Source of the DNA: Lama glama
Taxonomy: Eukaryota
Length of the DNA stretch: 64,000 nt
Assembly (NCBI GenBank): GCA_028534125.1
Contig: CM052823.1
Location: forward strand, 21,576,001-21,640,000
Direction of reading: 5' to 3'
The notes beneath the pieces were generated by a model that had not been told where the DNA came from, searched no databases, and saw only the letters and a list, made by a program, of their open reading frames with translations. Of this stretch, positions 12,641-24,572 are shown one piece after another (the first letter of the stretch is position 1; each line of letters begins with the position of its first letter). A program made the position numbers and the translations under genes.

Positions 12641-14958
12641 CAGCCAAGCTCCTGATAGAATGGACAAGGCAAGGAAGCTGATTTCTGACCCCACCGCCAC
12701 CCTCAATTTGTGCTTGTTTCTGGACAGAACATCTGTAAATTTCATTGGACTCTCAAACAAGGTCTGGTCTTAATTGTAGAAAAATTAAGAACCATTTTTC
12801 TAAGGGATAACCTGTTAAAACTGAAGATATCACCATTCCCAAAGGATTCATACTAATAAAGGAGGATGATAACTCCAAACAAGTGCATCACGAATGGTAG
12901 AATTTCAGGCTCCTCACAGATGTTCACAAGGGAGAGATTCTTGAGAAGAGGGACCTCACCTAGCATTGATACCCCACAAGAAGTCATCCTCTATGGCTAA
13001 TTAGACATAAGCTGATAGGACTACAACTAATAACGATCATTATTGAGATCTTTTAATAATCTGTGAGGCAGGAAGGGTAAGTATTATCCCACTTTGTACA
13101 ACAGAAAACTGAGGCTCAAAGAGGTCACACAGCACAGCAAGACTCACCTGGCTTATCTAACTCCAATCGATTCCCCCACTGCTGTCCGACAGGTGGCAAA
13201 AGACACTAGCAGGAGAATGCTTGCTTGTGGGACTTTTTGCCAGCAACTCAGAGCACATTCCTCTAAGACTCTTCCCTGTGGTCCTAAAGCCTTCCCCCAA
13301 ATCCAGACCCCACATCGGGGCTGTGTCAGAGAGGGAAGCATGGGGTTCCCAGGAGCCAAGTGCAGATGAAGACTCAAAATAACACCATAAAATAATAATG
13401 GGAACCCAGTCACTAAGGAGACAGGAGAGCAAAGGTCTCAGAGTCTCTAAAAGCATTCAGTTGACTTTACAGTCACTTGATTAAACATTTTTGCCCTGTC
13501 TTTGCCCTCTTATATACGCACAAAGCAAAGATCGCACATGTCCCAGAAAGCAGGCTCTTTCTTGGTAACTTCTGTACTCTCTGGACACTCGTGCTAACAA
13601 ATTGTGCTTCACCCTAAACCATACCGCCCGAAGAGCTCAGATCAACACTCCTAGGTTGGTATTCACAGTACAGACACACCTCCGTTAGAGAAAAAAAAAC
13701 ACAGCACAATCTAGATATAAAGACTGCTTAAAACTGGCACATAGGAAATATTCAATAAATGTTGGCTATTTGGATTACTGACAAAGGAGTGAGGACGTGA
13801 GGGATGCCTAGCTCTGGAAGAGAGCTGCTATTTGCAAGAGCCGTGTCCTACGAGGGTCCTTTATGACTTCTCAGAGGTTCCTATTCCTGCACCATCCACA
13901 TCTGGTGAGCTGACTGCCAGAAACATCACTGCTGTTTTCCTGCCCAGCTGTGGCTGAGATACTGGGCTGTGGAGCTGGTGTCTTACATGGAGAAGTTTCA
14001 GATTTGCTTAAATTTCACTCCAAAAAAGGAAGTGGGCAGGCAGACTCCCTGAGTTCAGCTCGGGACATTAGACAGAAGACAATGGCCAGATGCTTTCCAA
14101 CCTGCAAGAACTTGTGGAGAGGAAACTCCCTGAGCTGAGGAGAGACATAGGTTAGCTGTTGGATCAGGCATATTTTGAGGTCTCCTTCCTGAGAGTCTTG
14201 AAGATGAGCATGGAGGCTGCTGTCTGCACTGGGGCAGCCAGTTTTATTGCTAGGATCGCTACCCTTCCTAACTCTACTCATGCCACTGAAACTCGCTTGG
14301 CCAATGTTTTTCCAGGGCAGGAGAAGAATCTCACTATTTTATTTCATCTTCACAATAGTCTTCATGAGATAGGTACTGTTTTATCTCTATTCTAGAGTTA
14401 AAGAAACAGAAGCACAGAGAGGTTAAGTAACTTGCCCAAGGTCACACAGCTCTTAAGCAGAAAAGTCAGGTTTCAAACTCAGGTCTGTGAATCCCATTCC
14501 AGAACCCATGCTCTGAACTAAGGCTAACAGTAGCCAAAGAGAAGTATGTCTGTAACTCCCTTCTGTAATTCACTCAGGAGCAATCAGGACGTGAGCTGCC
14601 TCATTTAGATCCCTAACTCTTGGCTGCTCTGGTTCTGTCCTTGTCTGGGTTGCCATGATGTACAAAGCCCTGGGGAAAGAGGGAGCACCAAGATTCCTGT
14701 GTTTTGTTAATGGGAGAAGCGGTCAAAGAGCTTCCCCCAAACAGACCCAGAGATGGTGGCGATGCCACGGGGCAGAGAATCCGAAGCAGCAAGAGGTAGC
14801 CAGAGGCGAGGAAAGCCAACTTCCCACAGATTCTCAGTTTGCTCTGCCTGGCACTTTCCTTCCTGTGCACCCCTCCCCGACCGCCCCAGCCCCCAGGCCC
14901 TGATCAGGATGCAGCATCACAATGGGCTGTTTTTAATCCTGGCTAGATCTCTTTTATT

Positions 14959-15122
14959 NNNNNNNNNNNNNNNNNNNNNNNNNNNNNNNNNNNNNNNNNN
15001 NNNNNNNNNNNNNNNNNNNNNNNNNNNNNNNNNNNNNNNNNNNNNNNNNNNNNNNNNNNNNNNNNNNNNNNNNNNNNNNNNNNNNNNNNNNNNNNNNNNN
15101 NNNNNNNNNNNNNNNNNNNNNN
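14959..15122. other. Assembly gap (164 N)
   Basis: Run of N. Confidence 0.99.
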
Positions 15123-15467
15123 ACATTTGTCTCTGGGCAAGAGCCCGAACGTTAACCCTGCATGTGCCATCACCAGGCCCATATAGTCCCTGCAGCCCGT
15201 GCACCAGTGATCAGAGCCGGGGGCCGTTGGGAAGCAGCAGAGAAATGAGCCTGGTTCTCTCCACTTCACTGTGTGCTCATGATGTGCTAGGCGCTGTTCA
15301 TACCTTGCCTCTGCTGTCCTCACTATAACTCAATTGGGCAGGAACTATTGATGTCTTTCTTCATTTTGCAAATGCAGAAACTGACGAGGATTAAGTGACT
15401 TGCCTAGTTGGTTGGTACCAGAGCTGGTACTTGAACACTGTCTGACTCCAAAGTCCATACTATTCTC

Positions 15468-15628
15468 TTGTTACTCAAAGTGTGGTCCACGGACTAGTAG
15501 CTCCACAGGCATCACTTGGGAGCTTGTTAGAAATGCAGACTCTTGGATCCTTCCTCAGACTTACTGAATCAGAATCTGCATTGTAACAGGATACCCTGGT
15601 GAGTCACGTGCACATGAAGTGCTGCTCT
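15468..15628 (+). mobile_element. MER5A1-like MITE
   Basis: ctcaaagtgtggtccacggactag...ggagcttgttagaaatgcagactc...actgaatcagaatctgcatt. Confidence 0.75.
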
Positions 15629-16089
15629 AAACTGTTATGCTATAGCCACCCTCATCTGTCCCCCACTCCCACAGCTTTGATGTCCCTGCCCTGACCTGCC
15701 AAGAAAGGACCTTTTCTAGGGATGGGCCAGGAGCTCCCGTGGACTCAGCTCAAGCATCTCCTCCTCCAGGAAGCCAGGCCCCTGGGGGCGCTGACAGATC
15801 TCCTTACTTGGGCCTATTTCCATCACAGCATGTGTAACAGGTGTTGTACTTATTTACCTATGTGCTCGCTTCACCTCTCCAGCGTGAGCTTCTTGAGGCT
15901 GGAATTGTGCCTTATTTTCTTCTGTCCCTATAGTGACGGTACAGTGCCTGGCATGAGATCAAAAGGCTGACAGTGAGCCTTGATGTGGCTGTATCTTAAC
16001 GCTCCCCCGCCTCTCCCCGCCACGCCGCCGAGACACACACAAAACCATATACAGTCACTGTTTTTTCTAATTTTAAAAGTCATACAGTA

Positions 16090-19000
16090 GGATTTCTGCT
16101 TCTGGGAAGATGAAATAGACATACATTCCCCTATTGTTTCCACTAAATATAACTAGAAACCCTGGACATTGCATATAAAACAATCATAAAAAGACTCTGA
16201 AAGGTAGAGTGAAGACAGCAGACCAGCCAGGGATGTCGAGGCCCAAGGAACAAACTGATGGTGAGTTCTCTGTATTTTCCTTTTGCCTCATATCCCCCAG
16301 AATGGAAGCTGAAGAAGCTGGCAACCTAGAAACACCAATAAGCACAGATTTTTACAAGTCCAAACCAAAGCCTGCTCTCCCCATCCAAAGGATTAGGAAA
16401 GGGAAGCCTAGCAAGCCAGGAAACTTTTAGATGAGAGCAACTCTGCTCTAACCAAATCCAACAGGAAAACCTGGGGCCACACCCCCTCTCCCAGCAGCAG
16501 TGGCCAGGTGTGAAGCCTGGACTTCCATCCTGCTGGGCTGTGATGAGGCACCCTGCCCTCTCCACCAGGGTAGTGTCAGAGAGGCCATGTAGGGAGGGAG
16601 CTGGGAATTTTATCCCCATCAGTCGGTAATGAGGTCCCTCCCTCTGTGGTGTCAGTGGAGGCCACGTGGAGAGCAGTAATGAGGCACTCCTACTCTTCCC
16701 AGCCAGGGGGTGTCAGGGACATCTAATGAGGAGCCAGGGCTCCCACCTCCACCTCCATCCAGGAGCAATAAGAAGCCCTGCCTTCTACCCCTACCTGGCA
16801 GTTCAAGGCTGCAACCCCTCTTCCCCTGCCCAACTGGTGTCAGGAAAAAAACTAGCTAAAAGAGGTTTAAATAAGACCCAGAGTTTCATAATATAAATAC
16901 CAGATTTCAATGAAAAATGATAATTAGGAAGATCTCAAACTAAAAAGAAAAAGACAATCAATAGACACCAATATCAAGCAACAGGGATGTTAGAATTAGC
17001 TGACAAAGATTTTAAAACAGCTATCATTAAAATGTTTCAATAAGCAACAAACATGCTTGGAACAAATGAAAGGAAAAAACAGCCTCAGCCAAATAATAGA
17101 AAATACAAAGAAAAACAAAGTGGACATTTTAGAACTGAAAAGTACAATAACCAAAATAAAAAAAAATCAATAAGATTGGTTCAGTAGCAGAATGGAGAGG
17201 GCAGAGGAAAGAATCAGTAAACTTGAAAATAGAACAATAGACTTTAAAAACAAACAGAGTCTCAATAATCTTTGGACTCTAACAAAAGGGCTAATATTTG
17301 TGTCATCAGAGTTTTGGAACAAGAGGGGGGTGTAGTTGAAAAGTACTCAAAGAAATAATGCTGAAAACTCTCCAAATTTGGCAAGAGACATAAATCTATA
17401 GATTCAAAAGTTGAGCAAATCCCAAACAGGAGGAATCTAAAGAAATCCACATTAGCACACAAGAGTCAAACTTTGAAGACTAAAAACAAAGAAAAAAATC
17501 TTAAAAGCAACAAGAGAAAAGATACCTTACTTATAGAGGAGAAATAATTTAAATAGCAGCAAGTTTCTCATTAGAAACCATGGGACCAGAGGGAAGGGGT
17601 GCAACAATTTTCAAGTGCACAATGAAAAGCAGCATCAACCGAAAACCCTATATCCAGCAAAAATATCCTTCAGAAATAAAGGAGGACATCAAGACATTCC
17701 AAGATGAAGGAAAACTGAGATAAGTTTTTGCCATTAGACCTAAGCTTAAAAGAATGGCTAAGGGAAATTCTTTAAACAGAAAGAATAAAAGAAGGGACTT
17801 TGAAATGAAAGGAAAAAAGATAGAGTACAGTAATCAGAAATGTGGGTAAATACAACAGACTTTCCTTCTCCTCTCAGGTTTTCTAAATTACATTTGACAG
17901 TTGAAGCAAAAATTATAACACTGTCTGATGTGGCTCTAAATATGTGTAGGAGAAATATTTAAGACAATTATATAATAAATAGAGAATGGTAAAGGAACAT
18001 ATAGGGAGGTAAAGTTTCTACACTTTTATTTGAACTGGTAAAAAGATGATACCAATAGACTGTGACTTGTATATCTAATGTAATACATACAGCGACCACT
18101 AACAAAGCCACGCAGAGATAGATTCAAAAAAATTATAGATGACTAAAAATTAAATTCTAAAAAATATTCAAAGAATCCAGAGGAAATCAGGAAAAAGAAA
18201 ACAGAGAAACAAAACACAGGGAGAACACACAGAAAACAAAACTCTAGCATATCAATAATTACATTAAATGTAAATTGCTCAAAGATGCTACTTAAAAGAG
18301 AGTGAATAAAAATGACATGACTCAACTGTCTTAGCTCAAGCTACTATGACAAAATACCATAAACTTGGCAGCCTAAACGATAGAAATTTATTTCTGTTCT
18401 GGAGGCTGGAAGTCCAAGATCAGGGTGCCAGCATGGTTGGGTTCTGATGAGAACCCTCCTCTGGGTTGCAGACAGCTGACTTCTTTTACCCTCACAAGGA
18501 AGAGAGAGCTAGCTAGCTCTCTAGCTTTTTCTTACAGTGGTCCTAATCTTGTTCATGACCCAATGACCTCTCCAAAGCCCCACCTCCAAGTACCATCACA
18601 TAGAGTTTATATATAAATCAATAGCAGAAATATAATGAAAAAATCTCCAACTATTTGGAAAGGGAACATTACATTTCCGTATAATCCATGGGTCAAAAAG
18701 GAAAGTCTCAAGGGAAATTAAGGAAAAATAAATCAAACTGAATGAAATCAAAGTACTGCATATTAAAACTTGTGGTTTTGTAGCTAAAGCCATGCTGAGA
18801 GGGAAATTTATAGCATTAAATGCTTATATAAGGAAAGACAAAAAGTCTTAAATCAATAATCTAAGCTCCCACCTCAAGACTTTAGAAAAATAGGATCAAA
18901 ATAAAGCAAGCAGAAGGAAGAAAACAAGAACAAAATCAGTGAAATTAAAAACAGGAAAAAATTTTAAATCAATGGGGAAAAAGAGCTGAGTATTCAAAAA

Positions 19001-19311
19001 TACCAATAAAATTGACAAACCTCTAACAAAACTGACAAAGAAAAAAAGAAAAATGCAACTTACCAATATCAGAAATGAAACAAGAGCTATCACTATAGAT
19101 GCTGCAGATACGTTTTTTAAAAGTAAGAGGATACTACAAACAACTCCACACACATACATTTGACAACTTAAATGAAATGAACTCATTCCTGAAAAAAACA
19201 CCAACTACCACACCTCACCCGGTATGGAATTCGAATTACACTGTAACTTTTGAACAAATTTAAATTTGTAATTTAAAAACTCCCAAATTAGAAACCTCCT
19301 GGCCCAGATGG
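16090..19311 (+). mobile_element. Old LINE-1 (L1M-type): 5' UTR, decayed ORF1 and start of ORF2, interrupted by an MLT1A-like LTR
   Basis: A-rich sense strand. ORF1-like segments (cctatatccagcaaaaatatccttcag, atcaagacattcc), ORF2 start (atcaataattacattaaatgtaaat), ending at the ccctggcccagatgg (PGPDG) motif. Many stops. Confidence 0.85.
18327..18605 (-). mobile_element. MaLR LTR fragment (MLT1A-like) nested in L1
   Basis: tgtcttag...aaataccat...ttctggaggctggaagtccaagatcagggtgccagcatgg...ccaaagccccacctcc. Confidence 0.8.
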
Positions 19312-19382
19312 AAGACAGTGATAATATTCTCTTCAATATGTCAACCTAAGATCTATACCCAGTGAAACTGCCTTTTAAGATC

Positions 19383-19479
19383 GGGGAGGTAGGGGTATAG
19401 CTCAGTGGTAGAGCATGTGCTTAGCATGCATGAGGTCCTGGGTTCAATCCCCCGTACTTCCATTAACAGCAACAACAAA
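19383..19479 (+). mobile_element. tRNA-Ala-derived SINE (Vic-1-like)
   Basis: ggggtatagctcagtggtagagcatgtgcttagcatgcatgaggtcctgggttcaatccc followed by a (caa)n tail. Confidence 0.85.
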
Positions 19480-20271
19480 TTTTGAAAAGGATTTAAAGTA
19501 ATACATATTCATATGTATAAAGACTCAGTTTACCTTCATCTAATATTTTATTAAGTGCCTACTATATGCTAAGTACTGTATAAGGACTGCCATTCTGATG
19601 AAGTAAACATGATAATTCCCAATTTATATATGGGAAAACTGACGCTTAAAGAAGCTAAGAGACTTGCTCAGATCCTTCCGATTCCAGAATCCATATTTTT
19701 TACCCTACACCAAGGAGATGCATCTGAGATTGACAGTGGACTATCCAAGATCCTTCTGTTTCAAGGCTGGATTTAGGATGGACATTTTGAAGACAGAAGG
19801 CTATCTGTTTAAGGAGATGGAGCTACAAACTCCCAGGTCTCAGGAGTGTACCTCGTCCACACACCAGCGAGTCTGGGTAAGTCTGTGCAGACAAGTGATC
19901 ACGGCTTGGGAGGAAGAGCTTTCTGCACACGGTGATGTCCTGTGTGTGTGTGATGCTATGGGGGAGGGTTTGGGGAAGAGTAGTCCAGCTCCCTCCTCCT
20001 CCCTTTTCTCTCCTCTGCTTTGCCCTCTATACCCACCTTGCAGGTCTCATGTTCCCTAGCTTAGATAGTCCTTTCATGATGGTTATAATATCATTTACCC
20101 TACACAGTTGCCTTGAAAACTAAGTGAGCAAATTCCAGGAGAGCACCCCTCCATGTGTACACCCCATGAGGCTACTCTTATCCTCTGTCCTGTCCCCATC
20201 TGCATCAGCAATATTTGATGCCATGTTCTGTGACTGGCACTGAGAACCCAGTGACACAAATGCCAGAATGG

Positions 20272-20398
20272 GGGGAGGAAATAGCTCAGTGGCAGAGTGT
20301 GTGCATAGCATGCATGAGGTCCTGGGCTCAATCCCTGGTACCTCCATTAAAATAAAGAAATAAATAACCTAATTACCCCCAAAAAATTAAATTAAAAA
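20272..20398 (+). mobile_element. tRNA-Ala-derived SINE (Vic-1-like) with perfect 14-bp TSD
   Basis: tRNA-like head and A-rich tail. Direct repeat aaatgccagaatgg at 20258-20271 and 20399-20412. Confidence 0.9.
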
Positions 20399-21411
20399 AA
20401 ATGCCAGAATGGAATGACCATCATCATCATTACCTAGCAACATTCTCCCAATCTCCAGTGGAAGAAATAAAATCAAGCAAAAAGTCATAAAGAAGCAAAC
20501 ATGTAGCTGTTCTCCAGGAGGTGAGGAAAAGGAGGTGGAGAAGAGAGAGGAAGAGAAGTGGAAATCACCATCGTTCTTAATCATTACATGGTGCATTAGA
20601 ATAATATGATTATTCATTGGCATTCTAATTAGTCTTAATGAAGAGTAATGGGTATGAGAGAAGGCCTGGAACACATATGGTTTTATATGGTGTATGTACC
20701 CCTCTGCCAGGAAGACACAGGGCCCTACATCAGGACCCCAGGACTCAGAAGCTAGAACAAGATGCAACCTGGGTCAGCTGGTGCCCAACCATAACTCCTG
20801 ACATGCACAACTGACAGGATTGACGTCTGATGAACCACGTTGGCTCAGTGTGTTAAAAACCAGACAGACCTTGGCAGATGAGGGGTGGGGACTAGCAGAG
20901 GGACATTTTGTGAGCTGTGAATGGTATGGACGTCGGCTGTGGAAGGCACATGGGTGTGATATTGTGTGAATTGTGGTCCCCTCCCTTCTTAAGATGTGTA
21001 GACATACTTATAAGGGTATCTCAGGGTACATATGAGTTAGGAATGGGACTAGGGTCGGATTTAGCATGAGTTTTAAGGATCCCCAAATAACTGGCTACAT
21101 AGAAGGGAGGAAAATTCCCCAGCTCTCCCTTTGCTGTCTGAGGTGGGCTGATCTATCCTCATGGCGGTGAACTCACCATGGACTTCAGAGTTCTTGAGGC
21201 CATGTCTCCCTAGCAGCCGTTCAGCTGGATTCCTGGTTAATGGTATGATGGCTTTCCTTCCTTCCTCCCTTCCTTCTTCCCTTCCTTCCTTCCTTTTTAT
21301 TTCTGGAGAGAGGAGGCTGGTTAGATTGAACTCAGCATGGGCAGTGAACTGGACCAGAATGAGGACAGAAGGATAGAATATAGTTTAGATTAAGTACTTT
21401 GAGCCCTCATC

Positions 21412-21780
21412 AGTGTGTTAGTTGTGACAGGTTATACTGGTTAAAAAAAAAAAAGTCAGAAGTTCGCTATAATAAAAGCTTATTCTCATTTATCCTACGT
21501 GTTACTCACTGGTCAGCAGGGGGCTCTACTCAGTGTTGTTGTCACTTTAGGATTCTGATTGATGGAGAAGCCACCATCTGGATCATTGCAGCTTTTCAAA
21601 GTAGAAGGAAAGAGAGCTCTGTCATTAAATGCTTCAGCCTAAAAGTGACACCTGGTAATTCTGCTTATGACTCATTGATCAGAATAATCACATGGTCTCC
21701 ACCCAACGACAGGGGGCCCAGGGACTGTGCCAAGTGGGTGGGAAGTTAGAAATACTTGAATATGAATAGCATTAATGAAT
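21412..21780 (-). mobile_element. Old MaLR LTR (MLT1I/J/K-like)
   Basis: gatggagaagccaccatctgg...aaagtgacacc...ctcattgatcagaataatcacatggtctccacccaac. Boundaries are approximate. Confidence 0.6.
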
Positions 21781-24399
21781 TTAAGAGGCTCCATGATTCC
21801 AAGCACACTTGTCCTGAACTTCCCAGCCTGTGGTCATCAGCTACTCAGTTGTCAAATATTTGCTGAGGGCCTATTCTCAGTCCATCACTGGGCTGGGTTC
21901 TGGAGGTATAAAAGTGAATAAGCCAGGGACCCTGCCTTCAAAGACCTTAAGGACTGCCATCACGTGACCCCTGCCCCAGAGTCTGATTGGCCAAGCTCAG
22001 CTCCTGGCCCCACCCCTTGCTGGGGAGGGCAGTATGGTTGACAGCCTTGCCAGGACCATGTGGGGAAAAAATGGTGACGTGGGGTGCTGTCATAAAGAGA
22101 GAAAGGGTTGAGAAAACCGCAGACACCCGTTGCTGAGTTGCATAAGGAATAACAATAAGAAAATCAGAAGGTAGCTTAGAGTTCCTTTACTCAGCCCAAC
22201 AAGTTAGACCCAGAGGGGTTATATAACTCTTCCATGGCAAAGCTGAGCCCCAGATCCAGGCAGTCTCCCTGATTCAGAGTAGGGCTTCTTCCACTCCACA
22301 AAGTGAACAAAGGAAGAAAATATGCGACAGTTGAGTCTCGGATCGTCTCACCAGCCCCAGCAGGTGTGTTTCAGTTTGCTTATTCTTGGAGCATCTTTAG
22401 TTTAATATTTAGTGCTCCATAAAAGGGGATGGGACAAATGCCCCACAACACACATGGAAGCCAGCACCATCTGGTTGACCCCAGACATGGAAGGGACCAG
22501 TAGAGTCACATGAGACGACTGCTGCCCAGGAAGGGGACATTGTGGAGGACAGCTGGCTCAGGTCAACTTCCCTCCCTCTCATGAACCCCAGGATACTCAT
22601 CCCCCCCAGTTTCAGAAGACACCCCAAGGAAGATGAATTGGGCTGTTGACTCCAAGCAGAAGGCGACTGAGAGCCTGTGCCTCTTCCGACAGCAAGGCAC
22701 TGCCTGGTGCCAGCGTCTTGGAATGTGCTGGCTTCATTGCTCTGACAGCATGAACGATGTTTGGTTTTGTTCCCAGCGCTGTTATCATTTATCATCCTCT
22801 TGTAAAAGCTGGCACCCTCTGCCTATTCCCCCTTCTTTCTCACTCTCTCCCTACCCCTTCCTCCAATCCAACCTCCCCATTCTGCCACTGAGGGGAGCCC
22901 TCTTGCATTTACCCCAGAGGAAACTCTCTCACATTGGTTCCCCAAAGCCCAAGAGACACCTTAGTTGAATTCATCTCGTAAGTATGTACTGAGCGACCTC
23001 TCTGGGCAAAGTGATGTGCTTGGGGCTTTGGATGATAAAAATAAGTGAGACAAGTCCGTGACTTCAAGAACCTTGCATTCAGGCAGGGAAATAACTATGA
23101 GCACAGGTATGTGCAGAGTGAGGGAGATAAACCACACATTTGGAAAGCCTGAGAAAGGCAGTACTGATGGCCTTTCAAAGAGCAGAGACTGTTGGGTGAG
23201 AGATGGCAGAAGATAGAATGCATGGGTAAAGAGTGAGTGGGGAAGGAAACAATGAAGGCATCAATATTTTCAGAAAAAAAGTTGCTGAGAATACAAAGAA
23301 AGAGATGAAAGTCATAGCTGGAAGAGGAGCTATCAAATTTGAGCTGGTTTGAAGGTGAAAGAGATGAAGCCAGTGGAATGCACAAGGTTGAAAGTACAAG
23401 AGAGAAAATAATTGATGAAGCAAAGGCCCCAAAGGGGCTGGAAGGCCAGCTTAAGACAGGGGGAAGGGCTGGCTGTGCAGGGAAGTCAGAACACATTTAT
23501 TTCAAGAACAAAGGAAAGAAGAAACTGGTGTGTGGGCTCCATCTTCTTAGTGAATCAGAAGGCAAGGTCACCTGCTAAGGAATGAGACTGGCTTGGGACC
23601 TTAAGAATACTAGAAGTTGGAATATCCACTGAGGATAGATAAAAATATAAATTAAAATAGAAAATGAAAATTCTGATAAATGAAAGAGTTGTCTAACATT
23701 AAAGCCCCCTGCTGCAATTCAGTCTCACCCCAGGGCCTTTGCACATGATATTTTTGCTATTTAGAACATACTGCCAACCACTCTGCGTGGTCAACATTTT
23801 CTCACCTTTCTGAACTTGGCCTAAATGTCACCTCTTTAAAGGACCCTCCCCAATAATCTTATTTAAAGTAGCTTTCCTCCCCAACTCATAATTCTCCATC
23901 TCAGTTCCTTTATTCCTTTCTTGCCTTCACACCTGTCATACTTTATTAGCTGCTGCTGCTTCTTTTTAAAAAGTCTGTTCAATCCAGCAAGTATGAAAGC
24001 CCCGGGGAAGCTGAGACAACACTTGTCTTGTTTACTCCTGCATCCTCAGTGTCTACTCATGTGTCAGGCATGTAGAGGGAACTCATCGAATACTTGTTGA
24101 GTAGAGGAATGAGTATCAAAGAATGTGTGTTTGGAGTGGAGCTAACAGCCAGGCTGAGCAGTTTTCCCTGAGGTTGAGGACCGCAGGCAGAGGCTAAGAT
24201 GGGGTCAGGAATGTAAGATGTCTGTTGGTGGTGGGAACTTGTGAGAGATAAAGGGAAAGAAGCAAAAGTGTTGCATGTGGCCCAGAAGGCAGAACCAGGA
24301 TGGGGATGGGATGGATAGAAATGAAAAGAAGGCAGAGGTGGGTCAACCCCTGACTTAGTGATTAGATGTGTGCAAAAATGGAATGGATTGTCCAGGATG

Positions 24400-24572
24400 T
24401 AAGTTGGCCAGATTTATGAGTAAAAATACAGGACACCCAGTTAAATTCAAATTTCAGATAAACAATAAAAATCTCATGCAGTATTTGGGACATGGTCATA
24501 CTAAAAAAAAATTATTCCTTATTTGAAATTCAGATTTAACTGAGCATCTTGGATTTCATCTGGAAATCCCTA
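24400..24572. mobile_element. MER53 palindromic hAT MITE with perfect 8-bp TSD
   Basis: Arms gccagattt...caggacacccagttaaattcaaatttcagataaac and tttgaaattcagatttaactgagcatc...atctggaaatcccta. TSD ccaggatg at 24392-24399 and 24573-24580. Confidence 0.9.

Noticed and set aside
15775-15793. CTCF-like sequence caggcccctgggggcgctg
   Set aside because: Mismatches at strongly conserved core positions make it too weak to call.
19383-19465. Possible tRNA-Ala gene (also at about 2430 and 20272)
   Set aside because: A-rich tails, a TSD in one copy and imperfect stems identify these as SINE copies rather than functional tRNAs.
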